A stretch of DNA of 64,000 bases from assembly GCA_965203485.1 (NCBI GenBank), contig OZ241892.1:3136001-3200000 (forward strand). Direction: 5' to 3'. Below are positions 31,640 to 42,113 of the stretch, one piece after another. The stretch's first letter is position 1. Every line of letters begins with the position of its first letter. This stretch comes from Longimicrobiales bacterium (GTDB taxonomy: Bacteria > Gemmatimonadota > Gemmatimonadetes > Longimicrobiales > Gaopeijiaceae). Made by a program: the position numbers and the translations under genes. The notes under the pieces were generated by a model. That model ran no database searches. It saw only the letters and a program-made list of their open reading frames with translations, and was not told the DNA's origin.

Positions 31640-31860
31640 CCTTGTCCTCGGTCCCGTCCACGTACTTGCGGTGCTTGCCATGCATGCCAATGGTGACGGT
31701 GGTCGTGATGTCGCCGACATCTTCGTCCCGGAGGTTGTTCCGGCGTGCACGTTCGCCACCGCGTGGATGGCGACGAGAGGCGAACCGTCGTCGGCGAGGA
31801 TGGAGCCGCTGTAGGCGTTTTCGGCTCGCTCGGTTCGTCATCGTTCCCGTCATCGTCACT
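31640..31860 (-). pseudogene. Degenerate paralog of the 29329-29712 lipoprotein
   Basis: 24-bp identity between 31835-31858 and 29553-29576; frameshifted MTGTMT..ENAYSGSILADDGSP versus MTGTMTIQGTEGAYAGSIAADDGTP. Confidence 0.7.
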
Positions 31861-31891
31861 ACGCGGTCGCAACGCGACGACGACGGAACAG

Positions 31892-33106
31892 TCAGCACGG
31901 AAAGGCTTCGACTCGGTCGCCCGATGCGGTCCGCAACGACATTCGTACTACGTACTCGATGTCCAGGTCGTCCTTGACGACGCCGAACAGCCTGCCTCCT
32001 TCGCCGACGGTCATGGGCCGGCCGTCGAGCCGCATCTCGGGAGCGACGTTGGCCAAATATCGGCCGCACGCGTCGAAGACGTCCCACGCGAAGGTCCCGT
32101 CGGGCAAGCGATTGCGTATCCACAGCAGTCCGTCCCTTGCCACGTCCAAGCGATCCATGGCGGGCCGCAAGGCGGGCAGTTCGCCGACGCCGAACCCCGA
32201 GGCCTCCGCCAGGCTGTCGCGCTCGGCGCCTTCCAATGGCACGGGCGCGCGCCGAAGCTCCACGGACCGCACGGTGTCGCCCGTGAAGGCCACTTCATGC
32301 ATGACGTGCTCGGACGTGGAAGCGATCCACGCATTGCCGCTCGGCCCCATGGCCCACACCAAGTCCGGCTCCATGGGCAACGCCTCCATGATCATCACGA
32401 TTCGTCCCGTCGCCGCCCCTCTTTGGTCCCGCATGCGGCTCGTCCTCGTCCACGATCCGAGCAGCAAGCTGTCCACCACGGCAATGTCTCCTTCGGTCGA
32501 GATGCCGTACTTGTTCAGGACGTAGGTCCCCTTCGTGGGAGGAAAGGCCGCCGTGTCGCGCGTACGGCTCCGCCGCACGTAGGCAAAGTTCGCCGCGTCC
32601 GTCTTTGGCGTCCCTGCCAGTCCTCCGACTCCAATCGCCGTGGCAAGGGGCAGGCCGGACTCGTCGACGACGTTCAAGAACGGTCCGTCGCCGATCCAAA
32701 GGCGATTCGGCGCTTGCCACGAGACGTCCATGACGGAGTATTGAAATTCGCCCGGGCCACCGCCCCGCCGACCCATGCGCCGCATCAAGACGCCGGTCGA
32801 GTCGAACACCAGGATTTCGCCGCGGCGGTCGTCCACCGCGTAAACCGCCCCATCGCCGCCGACGGCCAGTGCCGCGACGTTCCCGAAAGCAAGCGAATCG
32901 TCGCCGGCTGGCCCGCTTCCCACACGCATGTCCTCGACGAGGCGCAGGCCGCCTTCGGCAGCGTAGATCCCGTGGTCCGAGTTCGAAACCACCACCCGGC
33001 CGCCAGCTGTGGAACCCACGCGGACTTCGTCCGGCGGGAGGCCGTCTCCGTCCATGCCACATGCGAAAGAGAACACGCAAATCGAGATCGACGCGGAAAA
33101 TCTCAT
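31892..33106 (-). CDS. 6-bladed beta-propeller (NHL-like) lipoprotein
   Basis: Lipobox SFAC; GRRGGGPGEFQ, ILVFDSTG, WDVFDACGRYL. Confidence 0.8.
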   Translation of the reverse strand: MRFSASISICVFSFACGMDGDGLPPDEVRVGSTAGGRVVVSNSDHGIYAAEGGLRLVEDMRVGSGPAGDDSLAFGNVAALAVGGDGAVYAVDDRRGEILVFDSTGVLMRRMGRRGGGPGEFQYSVMDVSWQAPNRLWIGDGPFLNVVDESGLPLATAIGVGGLAGTPKTDAANFAYVRRSRTRDTAAFPPTKGTYVLNKYGISTEGDIAVVDSLLLGSWTRTSRMRDQRGAATGRIVMIMEALPMEPDLVWAMGPSGNAWIASTSEHVMHEVAFTGDTVRSVELRRAPVPLEGAERDSLAEASGFGVGELPALRPAMDRLDVARDGLLWIRNRLPDGTFAWDVFDACGRYLANVAPEMRLDGRPMTVGEGGRLFGVVKDDLDIEYVVRMSLRTASGDRVEAFPC

Positions 33107-33168
33107 GACGCCGGACTGCTGATCAACACAAGAGCGAATCCCGACCACCTGGAGACGGGTTCGACTAG

Positions 33169-33675
33169 TCAGGTCTTGACCACTTTCGCAATCGCGTCCG
33201 GCTGTCGTCCACATCTTGCCTGGGAGCACTTCTCGTCGCATCTGTCCGCAGGCGTTTCTCCTTCTCCCAATGGTTCTTCGATCGTCATCGTCAGGTCAAG
33301 CACTTCTTCGCCACGCTCGACGGTCACGATATGCACAGTTCCAGGTCTGATACCTTCAAAAAGCGGCACGATACGACCATCTCGACCGCTCACAACCTTC
33401 AGCACGTCGCCTGCTTGGAAGCCGGCTTTCTCCGCAGGTGAACACTTGTCGACCTGAACAACCACCGAGTATCCAGACGCACGCATCACGCCCGACTCGT
33501 CCTCTTCGACAGCCAACGGAAAGGACCAGCCCAAGCCTATGTACCCCCTGTCTGGACTGGGTGGCACTGCCACTTGAGCGACAGATGCGACTGGACATCC
33601 GAGCAACCAGATCATTAAGACAGCCAAACGTTGCGGTCCGCGGGGTGCGCGCGGGCGCCCAGTCACCGGCCGCAT
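33169..33675 (-). CDS. Secreted PDZ-domain protein
   Basis: GYIGL, SPAEKAGFQAGDVL, VERG. Start uncertain. Confidence 0.65.
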   Translation of the reverse strand: MRPVTGRPRAPRGPQRLAVLMIWLLGCPVASVAQVAVPPSPDRGYIGLGWSFPLAVEEDESGVMRASGYSVVVQVDKCSPAEKAGFQAGDVLKVVSGRDGRIVPLFEGIRPGTVHIVTVERGEEVLDLTMTIEEPLGEGETPADRCDEKCSQARCGRQPDAIAKVVKT

Positions 33676-34103
33676 TCTGGCGATCAAGGCCGGTGCCGAC
33701 CTCCGGGGCAACCAGTATCGCTCCGACTCCTGCCGTGTCCAAACCCCCCGCCGACCGCCACGGACGGGCGTTCCGCGCGGTGCAAACGATGGCCGGCGTG
33801 CCGGGGATTGGCCGGTGTCGCCGCTCTCTTGCGGTTGGTGGTGTTTCATCTTCCTGCTCATGTTGCGGTCGCTAGGGGGCGGTTCGACCGACGCCTTCGG
33901 CGAACGCCTGCTTGAACATCATATCGCCTTGCGGAGAAAATGGCAAATCGCGGGTCGTGGAAGCTGAACGCAGGGGTCGGCAACTGGACGCAACCCGCGG
34001 GTGCGTCGTAGCGTCGCGGCCTTGGAATCGGGCCATCGCGACGCGCCTCCTCGTTTGCCGCCCTCTCGCCCCGTCCGGCGCATCGGCCTAACTTCGTGAC
34101 GCC

Positions 34104-34832
34104 ATGGCCCATTCCGCCGCCGACCACTTGGGCCTCGACGTGGAGCGCTACGACGAGGTCATCCGCACTCTGATCCCCAACTACCGGGCGACCGGCGAGC
34201 TGGCGGCCCGCGAGGTCGCGGCGTCGGGAGCCCGAACCGTGGTCGATCTCGGGGGCGGCACGGGGGCTCTCTCGGCCACGCTCCTTGCCTTGACCGATTC
34301 CTGCCGCGTGACGCTCTTCGACGTCGATTCCGCCATGCTCGAAGGAGCGAGGGGCCGTCTTGGGCCGTTCGGCAAGCGCGCCGTGCTGCACCGCCGATCC
34401 TTTGCCGGGCCGTTGCCGCCGTGCGACGCGGTGATGTCGTCCTACGCGCTGCACCACGTGCCGACTCTGGACGAGAAGGGGCAAGGCTACCGGGCAATTC
34501 ACGGCGCGCTCGTGCCCGGGGGCGTCTTCGTCAACGCGGACGCGACCATGCCGCCGGAACCAGAGCGGCAGGCCGCCGTGTACGACTATTGGGCCGCCCA
34601 CATGGCCCGGCACGGCATCGGCCGGGCCGCCGCCTTCCGTCATTTCGCCGAATGGAGCGAAGAAGACACGTACTTCTCGCTGTCCGAGGAGCTCGCTTGC
34701 CTCGAATCGGCGGGCCTCGCCGCCAAGTGCGTCTGGCGGGAGGGGCCGGGGACGGTGATCGTGGCTCGCAAGCCGAACGCGGCGGCGGTCGGGCCCGAGC
34801 GCGCGCCGCCGGCTTCGAGGCCCGCGTCGTGA
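34104..34832 (+). CDS. Class I SAM-dependent methyltransferase (CmoA-like)
   Basis: YDEVIRTLIPNY, VDLGGGTG, SSYALHH, GGVFVNAD. Confidence 0.85.
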   Translation: MAHSAADHLGLDVERYDEVIRTLIPNYRATGELAAREVAASGARTVVDLGGGTGALSATLLALTDSCRVTLFDVDSAMLEGARGRLGPFGKRAVLHRRSFAGPLPPCDAVMSSYALHHVPTLDEKGQGYRAIHGALVPGGVFVNADATMPPEPERQAAVYDYWAAHMARHGIGRAAAFRHFAEWSEEDTYFSLSEELACLESAGLAAKCVWREGPGTVIVARKPNAAAVGPERAPPASRPAS

Positions 34833-36409
34833 GCCCAAGGGGATCGGCGAAGCCGGCCGCGGAGCACCGCCCGGCGTCGTGGGCCAAGGTCGTCGACCAA
34901 ACGCGTTGCATCGGTTGCCACGCATGCACCACTGCCTGCAAGTCCGAGAACAAAGTGCCGCTGTCGGTGACGCGCACCTACGTGAAGAGCGTCGACGCGG
35001 GATTCTTCCCCGAGGCGCGGCGGTCGTTTCAGGTAACTCGGTGCAACCAGTGCGAAGAGCCCCCCTGCGTGGACGCTTGCCCCACGGCGGCGATGTTCAA
35101 GCGCGCAGACGGGATCGTGGACTTCGACAAGGACGCCTGCATCGGTTGCAAGGCGTGCATCGCCGCATGTCCCTACGACGCCGTGTTCATCAATCCGGCG
35201 GACGGGGCGGCCGAGAAGTGCAACTTCTGCGCGCACCGCATCGACGTCGGCCTGGAGCCCGCGTGCGTCGTGGTTTGCCCGACGCAGGCGTTGCTGGTGG
35301 GCGACGTGAACGACTCCGGCTCGGAGGTCGCCCGCATCGTCAATCGCTCGCCGGTCACGGTGAGGCGGCCGGAGAAGGAGACGAGGCCCAAGCTCTTCTA
35401 CGTCGGCGCGGACCAAGCCGCGCTCGATCCGCTGGCGGCTCGCCGGCCCGAGCGAGGCATGCTCATGTGGAGCGAACAGGGCGGACCGGACGGCGGCTCG
35501 CCGGGACCGTGGAACTCGTCGGCGGCGGCCGTGCTGAGCTACGACGTGCCACACCGGGCGCCGTGGGACTACCGCGTCTCCCTGTACACCTGGACGAAGT
35601 CGCTGGCCGCAGGGGCGTACCTGGCTCCGTTCGTTCTGATCGCGATCGGCGCCCTGTCCGCCTCGAGCGCGATGTGGCGAACGGCCGCGCCCCTGATCGC
35701 CGCAGTCTTTCTCGCGCTCACAAGCGGGCTTCTTGTGTGGGACCTGGAACGGCCCGGCCGCTTCCATCTGATATTTCGGCGGCCCCAATGGCGCAGCTGG
35801 CTGGTGCGCGGGGGATTCGTGATCGGCGGCTTCGGCGCGGCGCTGGCGGCCCACCTTGTCATGGCGACCGGTCCGGGGCCGCCGAACTGGCTGGGTTGGA
35901 CCGGCGGCGCGCTGGCCGTCATGACCGCCGTCTACACGGCGTTTCTCTTCGGCCAAGCCAAGGCGCGCGACCTGTGGCAGAGTCCCCTGGCGCCTGCGCA
36001 CTTCCTGGTTCAGGCGCTCCTCGCAGGCAGCGGCGCCACGGCGCTCGCGCTTCTCCTGGCCCCTTCGCTTGCGGTCGGCGAGACGCTCGGCCCCGGAGCT
36101 GTCGGCAATGCCGCCCAGGCCTCCGCCGTCGCCAAGGCGCTCCAGCTCTTCGCCGCCGCCAGCGCGGTTCACGCTCTCCTCGTCGCCGGCGAGACGCTGA
36201 TGCCAGCGCCCACCGCCCATGCGGCCCACGCCGAGCGCGAGATGGTGCGCGGGCGCTTCCGGCGCTGGTTCTGGCTGGGGGTCCTGGGGGCGGCAGCAGG
36301 CGTGGCCGCGCCGTGGATCGGCTGGCCCTGCGTGCTGGCGGGTCTCGGCGGCCTCCTCGCCTACGAGCACGCCTACGTGCAAGCCGGCCAATCGTCCCCG
36401 CTGGCCTGA
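34829..36409 (+). CDS. Fused 4Fe-4S (DmsB/NrfC-like) and NrfD/PsrC membrane anchor subunit
   Basis: Four Cys clusters (CIGCHAC, CNQC..PPC..CP, CIGCKAC..CPY, KCNFC..PAC..CP) then DLERPGRF..SWLVRG and TM helices; GTGA overlap. Confidence 0.9.
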   Translation: MSPRGSAKPAAEHRPASWAKVVDQTRCIGCHACTTACKSENKVPLSVTRTYVKSVDAGFFPEARRSFQVTRCNQCEEPPCVDACPTAAMFKRADGIVDFDKDACIGCKACIAACPYDAVFINPADGAAEKCNFCAHRIDVGLEPACVVVCPTQALLVGDVNDSGSEVARIVNRSPVTVRRPEKETRPKLFYVGADQAALDPLAARRPERGMLMWSEQGGPDGGSPGPWNSSAAAVLSYDVPHRAPWDYRVSLYTWTKSLAAGAYLAPFVLIAIGALSASSAMWRTAAPLIAAVFLALTSGLLVWDLERPGRFHLIFRRPQWRSWLVRGGFVIGGFGAALAAHLVMATGPGPPNWLGWTGGALAVMTAVYTAFLFGQAKARDLWQSPLAPAHFLVQALLAGSGATALALLLAPSLAVGETLGPGAVGNAAQASAVAKALQLFAAASAVHALLVAGETLMPAPTAHAAHAEREMVRGRFRRWFWLGVLGAAAGVAAPWIGWPCVLAGLGGLLAYEHAYVQAGQSSPLA

Positions 36410-36450
36410 CTTCCCCCGGTCCTGCGGCCGTCATTCCGTCGCTCCTTCGC

Positions 36451-37215
36451 TTATCCTCGCTCGCTTTCTCGCAACGATGCCGCGACGCCGTCGGCCGTGA
36501 CGGCGATGCATCGTTCGCCGATCTCGGCGCTCATTCCCGTCGGGTCGCCCAGAACGCCGTTGGGCGTGACCGCGGCGAAGCCGTCGTCGAAGATGCGCCT
36601 TGCCAGCTCGGGGCCGAAGTCCTCGACATGGCCGGGCTCGGCTTGGTCCCGGCGCAGCAAGTCAGGGCGGATGCACAGCATTTCGGAGCTCTCGGCAATG
36701 TCCGCGTGCCCGCCTACGCGATGCTCCAGATCAGGCGCGACACTTGCGACGGCCCTCTTCCACAGAGCCACGAAGGCCTGCAAGTCCGTGTACGCGCGCA
36801 CTTCGCACTCCGGTCCGGCCGCACGTTGCAAGCGATCCTTCATCGCCGCCAGCGGAGCGAAGTTGCCTCCGTGCGACGGCACGAAGCAGACCACGCCGAA
36901 GCCATGGTTGGCCAAGCTCGCGGCGTAGTCCGCGCAGACCGCCTCGAGCGTGGCGGACCGCAACGAGATCGTGCCCGGAAAGGCCATGCGGTGCTCCGAG
37001 CAACCGACTCGAATCGTCGGCGCGGCCAAGGCGCGGCCCAGACGCCGGGCGACTTCCACGGCCAGTCGGTCCCCGCGCACGGCGTCCACGAGCAAGGGAA
37101 GATGCGGGCCGTGCTGTTCGACCGCGCCCAACGCCACCACGACCGTGTCGAACCCCTCCCGAAGCGCCGCTCGCACCTCGGGCCACGTCATCTCTTCAAG
37201 CAGCAGCTTACGCAA
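36451..37215 (-). CDS. Creatininase family amidohydrolase (MftE-like)
   Basis: EEMTWPEV, GAVEQHGPHLPL..D, SHGGN, GHADIAESS, NGVLGDP. Confidence 0.88.
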   Translation of the reverse strand: MRKLLLEEMTWPEVRAALREGFDTVVVALGAVEQHGPHLPLLVDAVRGDRLAVEVARRLGRALAAPTIRVGCSEHRMAFPGTISLRSATLEAVCADYAASLANHGFGVVCFVPSHGGNFAPLAAMKDRLQRAAGPECEVRAYTDLQAFVALWKRAVASVAPDLEHRVGGHADIAESSEMLCIRPDLLRRDQAEPGHVEDFGPELARRIFDDGFAAVTPNGVLGDPTGMSAEIGERCIAVTADGVAASLRESERG

Positions 37216-38896
37216 AGTCCGCGCGCCAAATGTGCACGGCTCGCTTGGCCATGCGGCGTTGCCGTTCGTCCAGCAGTTCCGGGGTCCACTCCTCCGGCGC
37301 CATCTCTGGAATCGCCTTCGTGACGGCGTACCCGCTCTGCGCGTAGACGGGGATCTTGGCAGAATACGCTTCGTTGCCCACCTCCCGGTTCGCGCTTCGC
37401 TCCAACAGCGTCAGATTGCCCAGCCGCCATGTGGCACCGCTGCGCGAACGTTGCGGAAAGCTGTCGTCCCAATCGGCCGCCGGGTTCTCGGGAAGAACGT
37501 GTTCGATCGTGCCCGGGTCGGATTCCGGGTGACAGGAACGCCCCGACGCGTCGCTTTCCAATCGCGCCAGGACGTACTTCGCCAGCTTCTTGCGGCTTCG
37601 GGGCACGACAAGCATCGAGAAGTCGGTTGCCGCCCGCGTGTCGTCGACATAGATCGACTGCAACTTCTCGAAAACGCCGCGTACCGTCCGAACCTCGCCG
37701 ACGCCGATCGCCTTCGCCGCCTTGTGATACGCCGGTTCCAGGCGAGCACCGTGCAACTTGCTGACGACCGAATACCGGAACGTCATCGTCGCAACCAGTT
37801 TCAACAGACGCACGAAGTCATGGCGCAACGGCTCCCATGCCGCAAGCAGCAACGGCATCATCTGGCGCGCACCGAAGAGAGAAAGCTCGGCGACGTACTG
37901 CTTGGCGTCGGGCATGTCGATCCAGTATGGATGCCGGAAATCGAGCAATGCAGAAAAAACCTCCGCCCGTGGCTCGATGTCGTCCATCAGCTTCAAGACG
38001 TGCGGCGTCGTGGAAATCTCGTCTTGCACCAGCTTGAACATTCTTCGGCGGCGCACTTGCGAATGGCTGCAAAGCAGATGATATCGGAGAAAATCGGGGA
38101 AACGCGGCGCCTCGACTACATCAATCAGGTTCGACCAGCGCCGCTGCAGCATGTCGAGATCGCTCTTCGAACGCACCTTGGAGAACAAATAGTTCTTCAG
38201 CAGATCAGTGGTCGTCAGCTCCAGTCCGCGGGCGTTCAGCGTTTCAAACACCGTGTAGGCGTTCAAGCCGTCGTCCACGGTGATGAGAATGAACAGCAGA
38301 CCGCGGGCAACCGTCTCCGACAGAATCTCCGCAAGAGCGCGCCCGTCGGCGCCGACGGCGTCCGGCAACTTGTCGAGGCGCTCGCGAAAATACTTGAAGG
38401 CGTCCCACAACTGCCTGTTGGAAGCCGAAAGTCCCCGTGGATTGTGCGGCGTCCGCAACTGCACCAAGACATCCTGGTAGAATTCGTCGTCGGAATGATT
38501 GAGAAACAGCCGGCTGCTCTCCGCCAGCGACGCAGGGTCCTTCTCGCCGACGAACCGGTTCCGCAATTCCTGGCTTCTCTCGCGGTTGGCCCCCGGGTCG
38601 CGTCCTTCGTCCGCCAAGTCGCCGAGCTTGGCGATGATGGCCAGCGAAAGCAGGCTGAGCGTCGCCAGGCGCTGCTGGCCGTCGATCACCAGGAACTCCC
38701 GGTCGCTCGTCGCCTCGACGACCAACGCTCCGAGGTAGTGCCGGGCGTCCGTATCGCCTCGCAGTCCGACGATGTCGTTCCAGATATCCTCCCACTGCTC
38801 GCGAGTCCAGGAATAGTCGCGCTGGTACTGCGGCACGCGGTAGACTCTTCCGTTGCCGATCAGCTCCAGATAGTTGATCGTGCGCGTATTCAGCAT
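37208..38896 (-). CDS. DUF262 + DUF1524(HNH) GmrSD-like modification-dependent nuclease
   Basis: VPQYQRDYSW, IDGQQRL, FETLNARG; C-terminal IEHVLPE..LGNLTLL..N. Confidence 0.88.
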   Translation of the reverse strand: MLNTRTINYLELIGNGRVYRVPQYQRDYSWTREQWEDIWNDIVGLRGDTDARHYLGALVVEATSDREFLVIDGQQRLATLSLLSLAIIAKLGDLADEGRDPGANRERSQELRNRFVGEKDPASLAESSRLFLNHSDDEFYQDVLVQLRTPHNPRGLSASNRQLWDAFKYFRERLDKLPDAVGADGRALAEILSETVARGLLFILITVDDGLNAYTVFETLNARGLELTTTDLLKNYLFSKVRSKSDLDMLQRRWSNLIDVVEAPRFPDFLRYHLLCSHSQVRRRRMFKLVQDEISTTPHVLKLMDDIEPRAEVFSALLDFRHPYWIDMPDAKQYVAELSLFGARQMMPLLLAAWEPLRHDFVRLLKLVATMTFRYSVVSKLHGARLEPAYHKAAKAIGVGEVRTVRGVFEKLQSIYVDDTRAATDFSMLVVPRSRKKLAKYVLARLESDASGRSCHPESDPGTIEHVLPENPAADWDDSFPQRSRSGATWRLGNLTLLERSANREVGNEAYSAKIPVYAQSGYAVTKAIPEMAPEEWTPELLDERQRRMAKRAVHIWRADFA

Positions 38897-39159
38897 GTCG
38901 GCCCGCGTGCTCTTGCTTGGGGAGTCCGCGCCCTGCGGCCGGGATGCCGCCGGGGGGAGCGGCGGTCAGCGGCGACTTCGGACGGTTGCCGGCGAGAGCC
39001 GGGAATCACCCGCGTCGTCGAAACGGTCGCTCGCGCGGGTGGCGTGGACGGACGATAGCGCGGCGCCTTCGGGTCGGCAACGCTTGCCGCGTTGGACAGA
39101 GCGCCGCCGGCGCGGCAACTTTGGTGGTCCGCCGGACGCTCCTTTGCCCACCCCAACCG

Positions 39160-42099
39160 ATGACCCTCTCCGACCTCGAAGCCCGCGTCTCGGCGGCCAA
39201 GGCCGAGGTGGAGGCCCGTGGCGAGACCTTCTATCCGGGCGCCAGCCGCGTCCACTTGGCCGCGTATCCCCCGAAGGAACGCTGGAGCGACTGGGTGGAG
39301 CTGGACGCCAAGGCGTGGCCCAAGCGCGTGGAGCGCCGGTACGTGCTCGTGCCCACGACGTGCTTCAACTGCGAGTCCGCCTGCGGCCTCCTCGCCTACG
39401 TGGACCGCGACACGCTCGAGGTGCGCAAGTTCGAGGGCAATCCCGAGCATCCGGGCTCGCGCGGCCGCAACTGCGCCAAGGGGCCGGCCACGGTCACCCA
39501 GCTCACGGACCCCGACCGTATCCTGCATCCGCTCAAGCGCGCGGGCGCCCGGGGCGAAGGACGGTGGCGGCGCGTCGAATGGGACGAGGCGCTCGACGAC
39601 ATCGCCGGCCGCGTCCGCAAGGCGTTCGACGAGGAGCGGCGCAACCAAGTCATGTACCACGTGGGCCGGCCCGGCGAGGACGGCTTCGTCGAACGGATGC
39701 TGGCGGCGTGGGGAGCGGACGGCCACAACTCGCACACAAACATTTGTTCCTCGGGCGCGCGGGCGGGCTACCACTTCTGGATGGGCATGGACCGTCCCAG
39801 CCCCGATCACGAGAACGCCCGGGTCATCCTGCTGATCAGCAGCCATCTCGAGGCCGGCCACTATTTCAACCCGCACGCCCAGCGCGTCATGGAGGGGAAG
39901 AAGCGGGGAGCCAAGCTCGTCGTCTTCGACACGCGCCTGTCCAACACGGCGACGCACGCGGACCACTGGCTCTCCACCTATCCGGGCTCCGAGGCCGCCG
40001 TGCTTCTGGCGATCGCCAACCACCTCGTGCGGACGGGCCGCCACAACCGCGCCTTCGTGGAGCGCTGGTGGAACTGGCGCGAGTACATGGCGGAGACGCG
40101 CCCCGGCGAGCCCGCCGACTTTGCCGACTTCGAGCGCGTGCTCGAAGCGCAGTACGCCGGCTTCACCTTCGATTTTGCGGCCGCCGAGAGCGGCGTGGCG
40201 GCCGACGCGATCGCGCGCGTCGCAGAGACCGTTGCCGAAGCGGGCACGCAACTGTCCACGCACAACTGGCGCAGCGCGGCGGCGGGCAACTTGGGCGGCT
40301 GGCAGGTAGCGCGCGCGCTGTTCCTCCTGAACGCGCTCACGGGCTCGGTCGCCGTACCTGGCGGCACGTATCCCAACGCGTGGAACAAGTTCGTTCCACG
40401 GCCCATTCGGATGCCCGCCCAGCACCCCAAGCGATGGAACGACCTTACCTGGCCCGCCGACTATCCGCTGAGCCTCATGGAGATGTCGTTTCTGTTGCCG
40501 CATCTGACGGCCGAGCGCGGCGGTTGCCTGGACGTGTACTTCACCCGCGTCTACAACCCGGTGTGGACCAATCCGGACGGCTTCTCGTGGATCGAGATGC
40601 TGACCGATCCCGAGCGCATCGGCATGCACGTGGCGCTGACGCCGACGTGGAACGAGACCGCGCTGTTCGCGGACTACGTGCTGCCGATGGGACACTCGGC
40701 GGAGCGCCACGACGTGGCTTCGTACGAGCAGTACGACGGACGCTGGATCGGCTTCCGCCAGCCCGTGCTGCGAACGGCGCGCGAACGCCTGAGCAGGGAC
40801 TCCGCCTCCACTCGCGAAGCCAATCCCGGCGAAGTATGGGAGGAGAACGAGTTCTGGATCGAACTCACTTGGCGGATCGACCCCGACGGCTCGCGGGGCA
40901 TTCGGCGCTTCTTCGAGTCGCGCGAGCGGCCCGGCGACAAGCTGACCGTGGACGAGTACTACGCTTGGATGTTCGAGAATTCGGTGCCGGGGCTGCCCGA
41001 GCGCGCGGCCCGAGAAGGCTTGGCGCCGCTCGAGTACATGCGGCGCTACGGCGCCTTCGAGATCGACGCGGGCGTGGGGGCGGTCTACGAGGAACGGGTG
41101 CCGCCGCAGGAACTGGAGGACGTGCGCGTGGACGAGGACGGGCGCGCCTTCACGCGGGTCCCCGCTCCGCGCTCGGTGAACGTGGTCCCCATGCCGCCGC
41201 AGGATGGAGACGACGAAGGAAGGAGGAGGGCCGGCGTCGAAGTGGACGGCGTCGTGCGCCGGGGATTTCCGACGCCTTCGGGACGCCTGGAGTTCTGGTC
41301 GCGGACATTGGCCGAGTGGGGATGGCCCGAGCTGGCCGTGCCGGGATACTCGCGCAGCCACGTCCATCCGCAGAACATGGACCGCGACCAGATGTGCCTC
41401 GTCTCCACCTTCCGCCTTCCGGTGCACATTCACACGCGAAGCGCCAACGCCAAGTGGCTGAACGAGATCGCGCACGCCAACCCACTGTGGATTCATCCGC
41501 GCGACGCGGCGCCCAAGGGGTTGCGCACGGGCGACTTGGCCCGCGTCGAGACCGAGATCGGACACTTCGTGGCGAAGGCGTGGGTGACGGAGGGGATACA
41601 CCCCGGCGTCGTCGCCTGCTCGCATCACATGGGTCGCTGGAAGCTGGCCGGCGGCCCCGGCGGCGCGGGGGCGGTGGTGGCGCTTCACCGCGAGGGCGAC
41701 GAATGGCGCATGAGGCGGCGCGAGGACGCCGGCCCGCACCGTTCCGAGGACCCCGACACGGCGCGCATCTGGTGGGCCGAGGCGGGCGTGCACCAGAACA
41801 TGACGTTTCCGGTGCAACCCGATCCGGTGTCCGGAGCGCATTGCTGGCACCAGGCGGTGCGCGTGGCGCCGGCGCGCAAAGGCGACGCGTGCGGCGACGT
41901 CGTCGTGCACGCTGACCGCTCCCGCGAAGCGTTTCGCCGCTGGCTCGGACTCTGCCGACCCGCGCACCGCCACTCGCCCGACGGGACGCGCCGGCCCTAC
42001 TGGCTCATGCGCCCGGTGCGCCCGGAACGCGACGCCTACCGGCTGTCCCGCGACGCGCGGCCCGACGCCGGGGAGAACGGAAGCGCCGACGATGTCTAG
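39160..42099 (+). CDS. Molybdopterin (bis-MGD) oxidoreductase catalytic subunit, no Tat signal
   Basis: CFNCESACG..NCAKG Fe-S motif, HTNICSS, ADYVLP, FPTPSGRLE, WIHPRDA. Confidence 0.92.
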   Translation: MTLSDLEARVSAAKAEVEARGETFYPGASRVHLAAYPPKERWSDWVELDAKAWPKRVERRYVLVPTTCFNCESACGLLAYVDRDTLEVRKFEGNPEHPGSRGRNCAKGPATVTQLTDPDRILHPLKRAGARGEGRWRRVEWDEALDDIAGRVRKAFDEERRNQVMYHVGRPGEDGFVERMLAAWGADGHNSHTNICSSGARAGYHFWMGMDRPSPDHENARVILLISSHLEAGHYFNPHAQRVMEGKKRGAKLVVFDTRLSNTATHADHWLSTYPGSEAAVLLAIANHLVRTGRHNRAFVERWWNWREYMAETRPGEPADFADFERVLEAQYAGFTFDFAAAESGVAADAIARVAETVAEAGTQLSTHNWRSAAAGNLGGWQVARALFLLNALTGSVAVPGGTYPNAWNKFVPRPIRMPAQHPKRWNDLTWPADYPLSLMEMSFLLPHLTAERGGCLDVYFTRVYNPVWTNPDGFSWIEMLTDPERIGMHVALTPTWNETALFADYVLPMGHSAERHDVASYEQYDGRWIGFRQPVLRTARERLSRDSASTREANPGEVWEENEFWIELTWRIDPDGSRGIRRFFESRERPGDKLTVDEYYAWMFENSVPGLPERAAREGLAPLEYMRRYGAFEIDAGVGAVYEERVPPQELEDVRVDEDGRAFTRVPAPRSVNVVPMPPQDGDDEGRRRAGVEVDGVVRRGFPTPSGRLEFWSRTLAEWGWPELAVPGYSRSHVHPQNMDRDQMCLVSTFRLPVHIHTRSANAKWLNEIAHANPLWIHPRDAAPKGLRTGDLARVETEIGHFVAKAWVTEGIHPGVVACSHHMGRWKLAGGPGGAGAVVALHREGDEWRMRRREDAGPHRSEDPDTARIWWAEAGVHQNMTFPVQPDPVSGAHCWHQAVRVAPARKGDACGDVVVHADRSREAFRRWLGLCRPAHRHSPDGTRRPYWLMRPVRPERDAYRLSRDARPDAGENGSADDV

Positions 42100-42113
42100 C
42101 GCCGCCTGAACGG

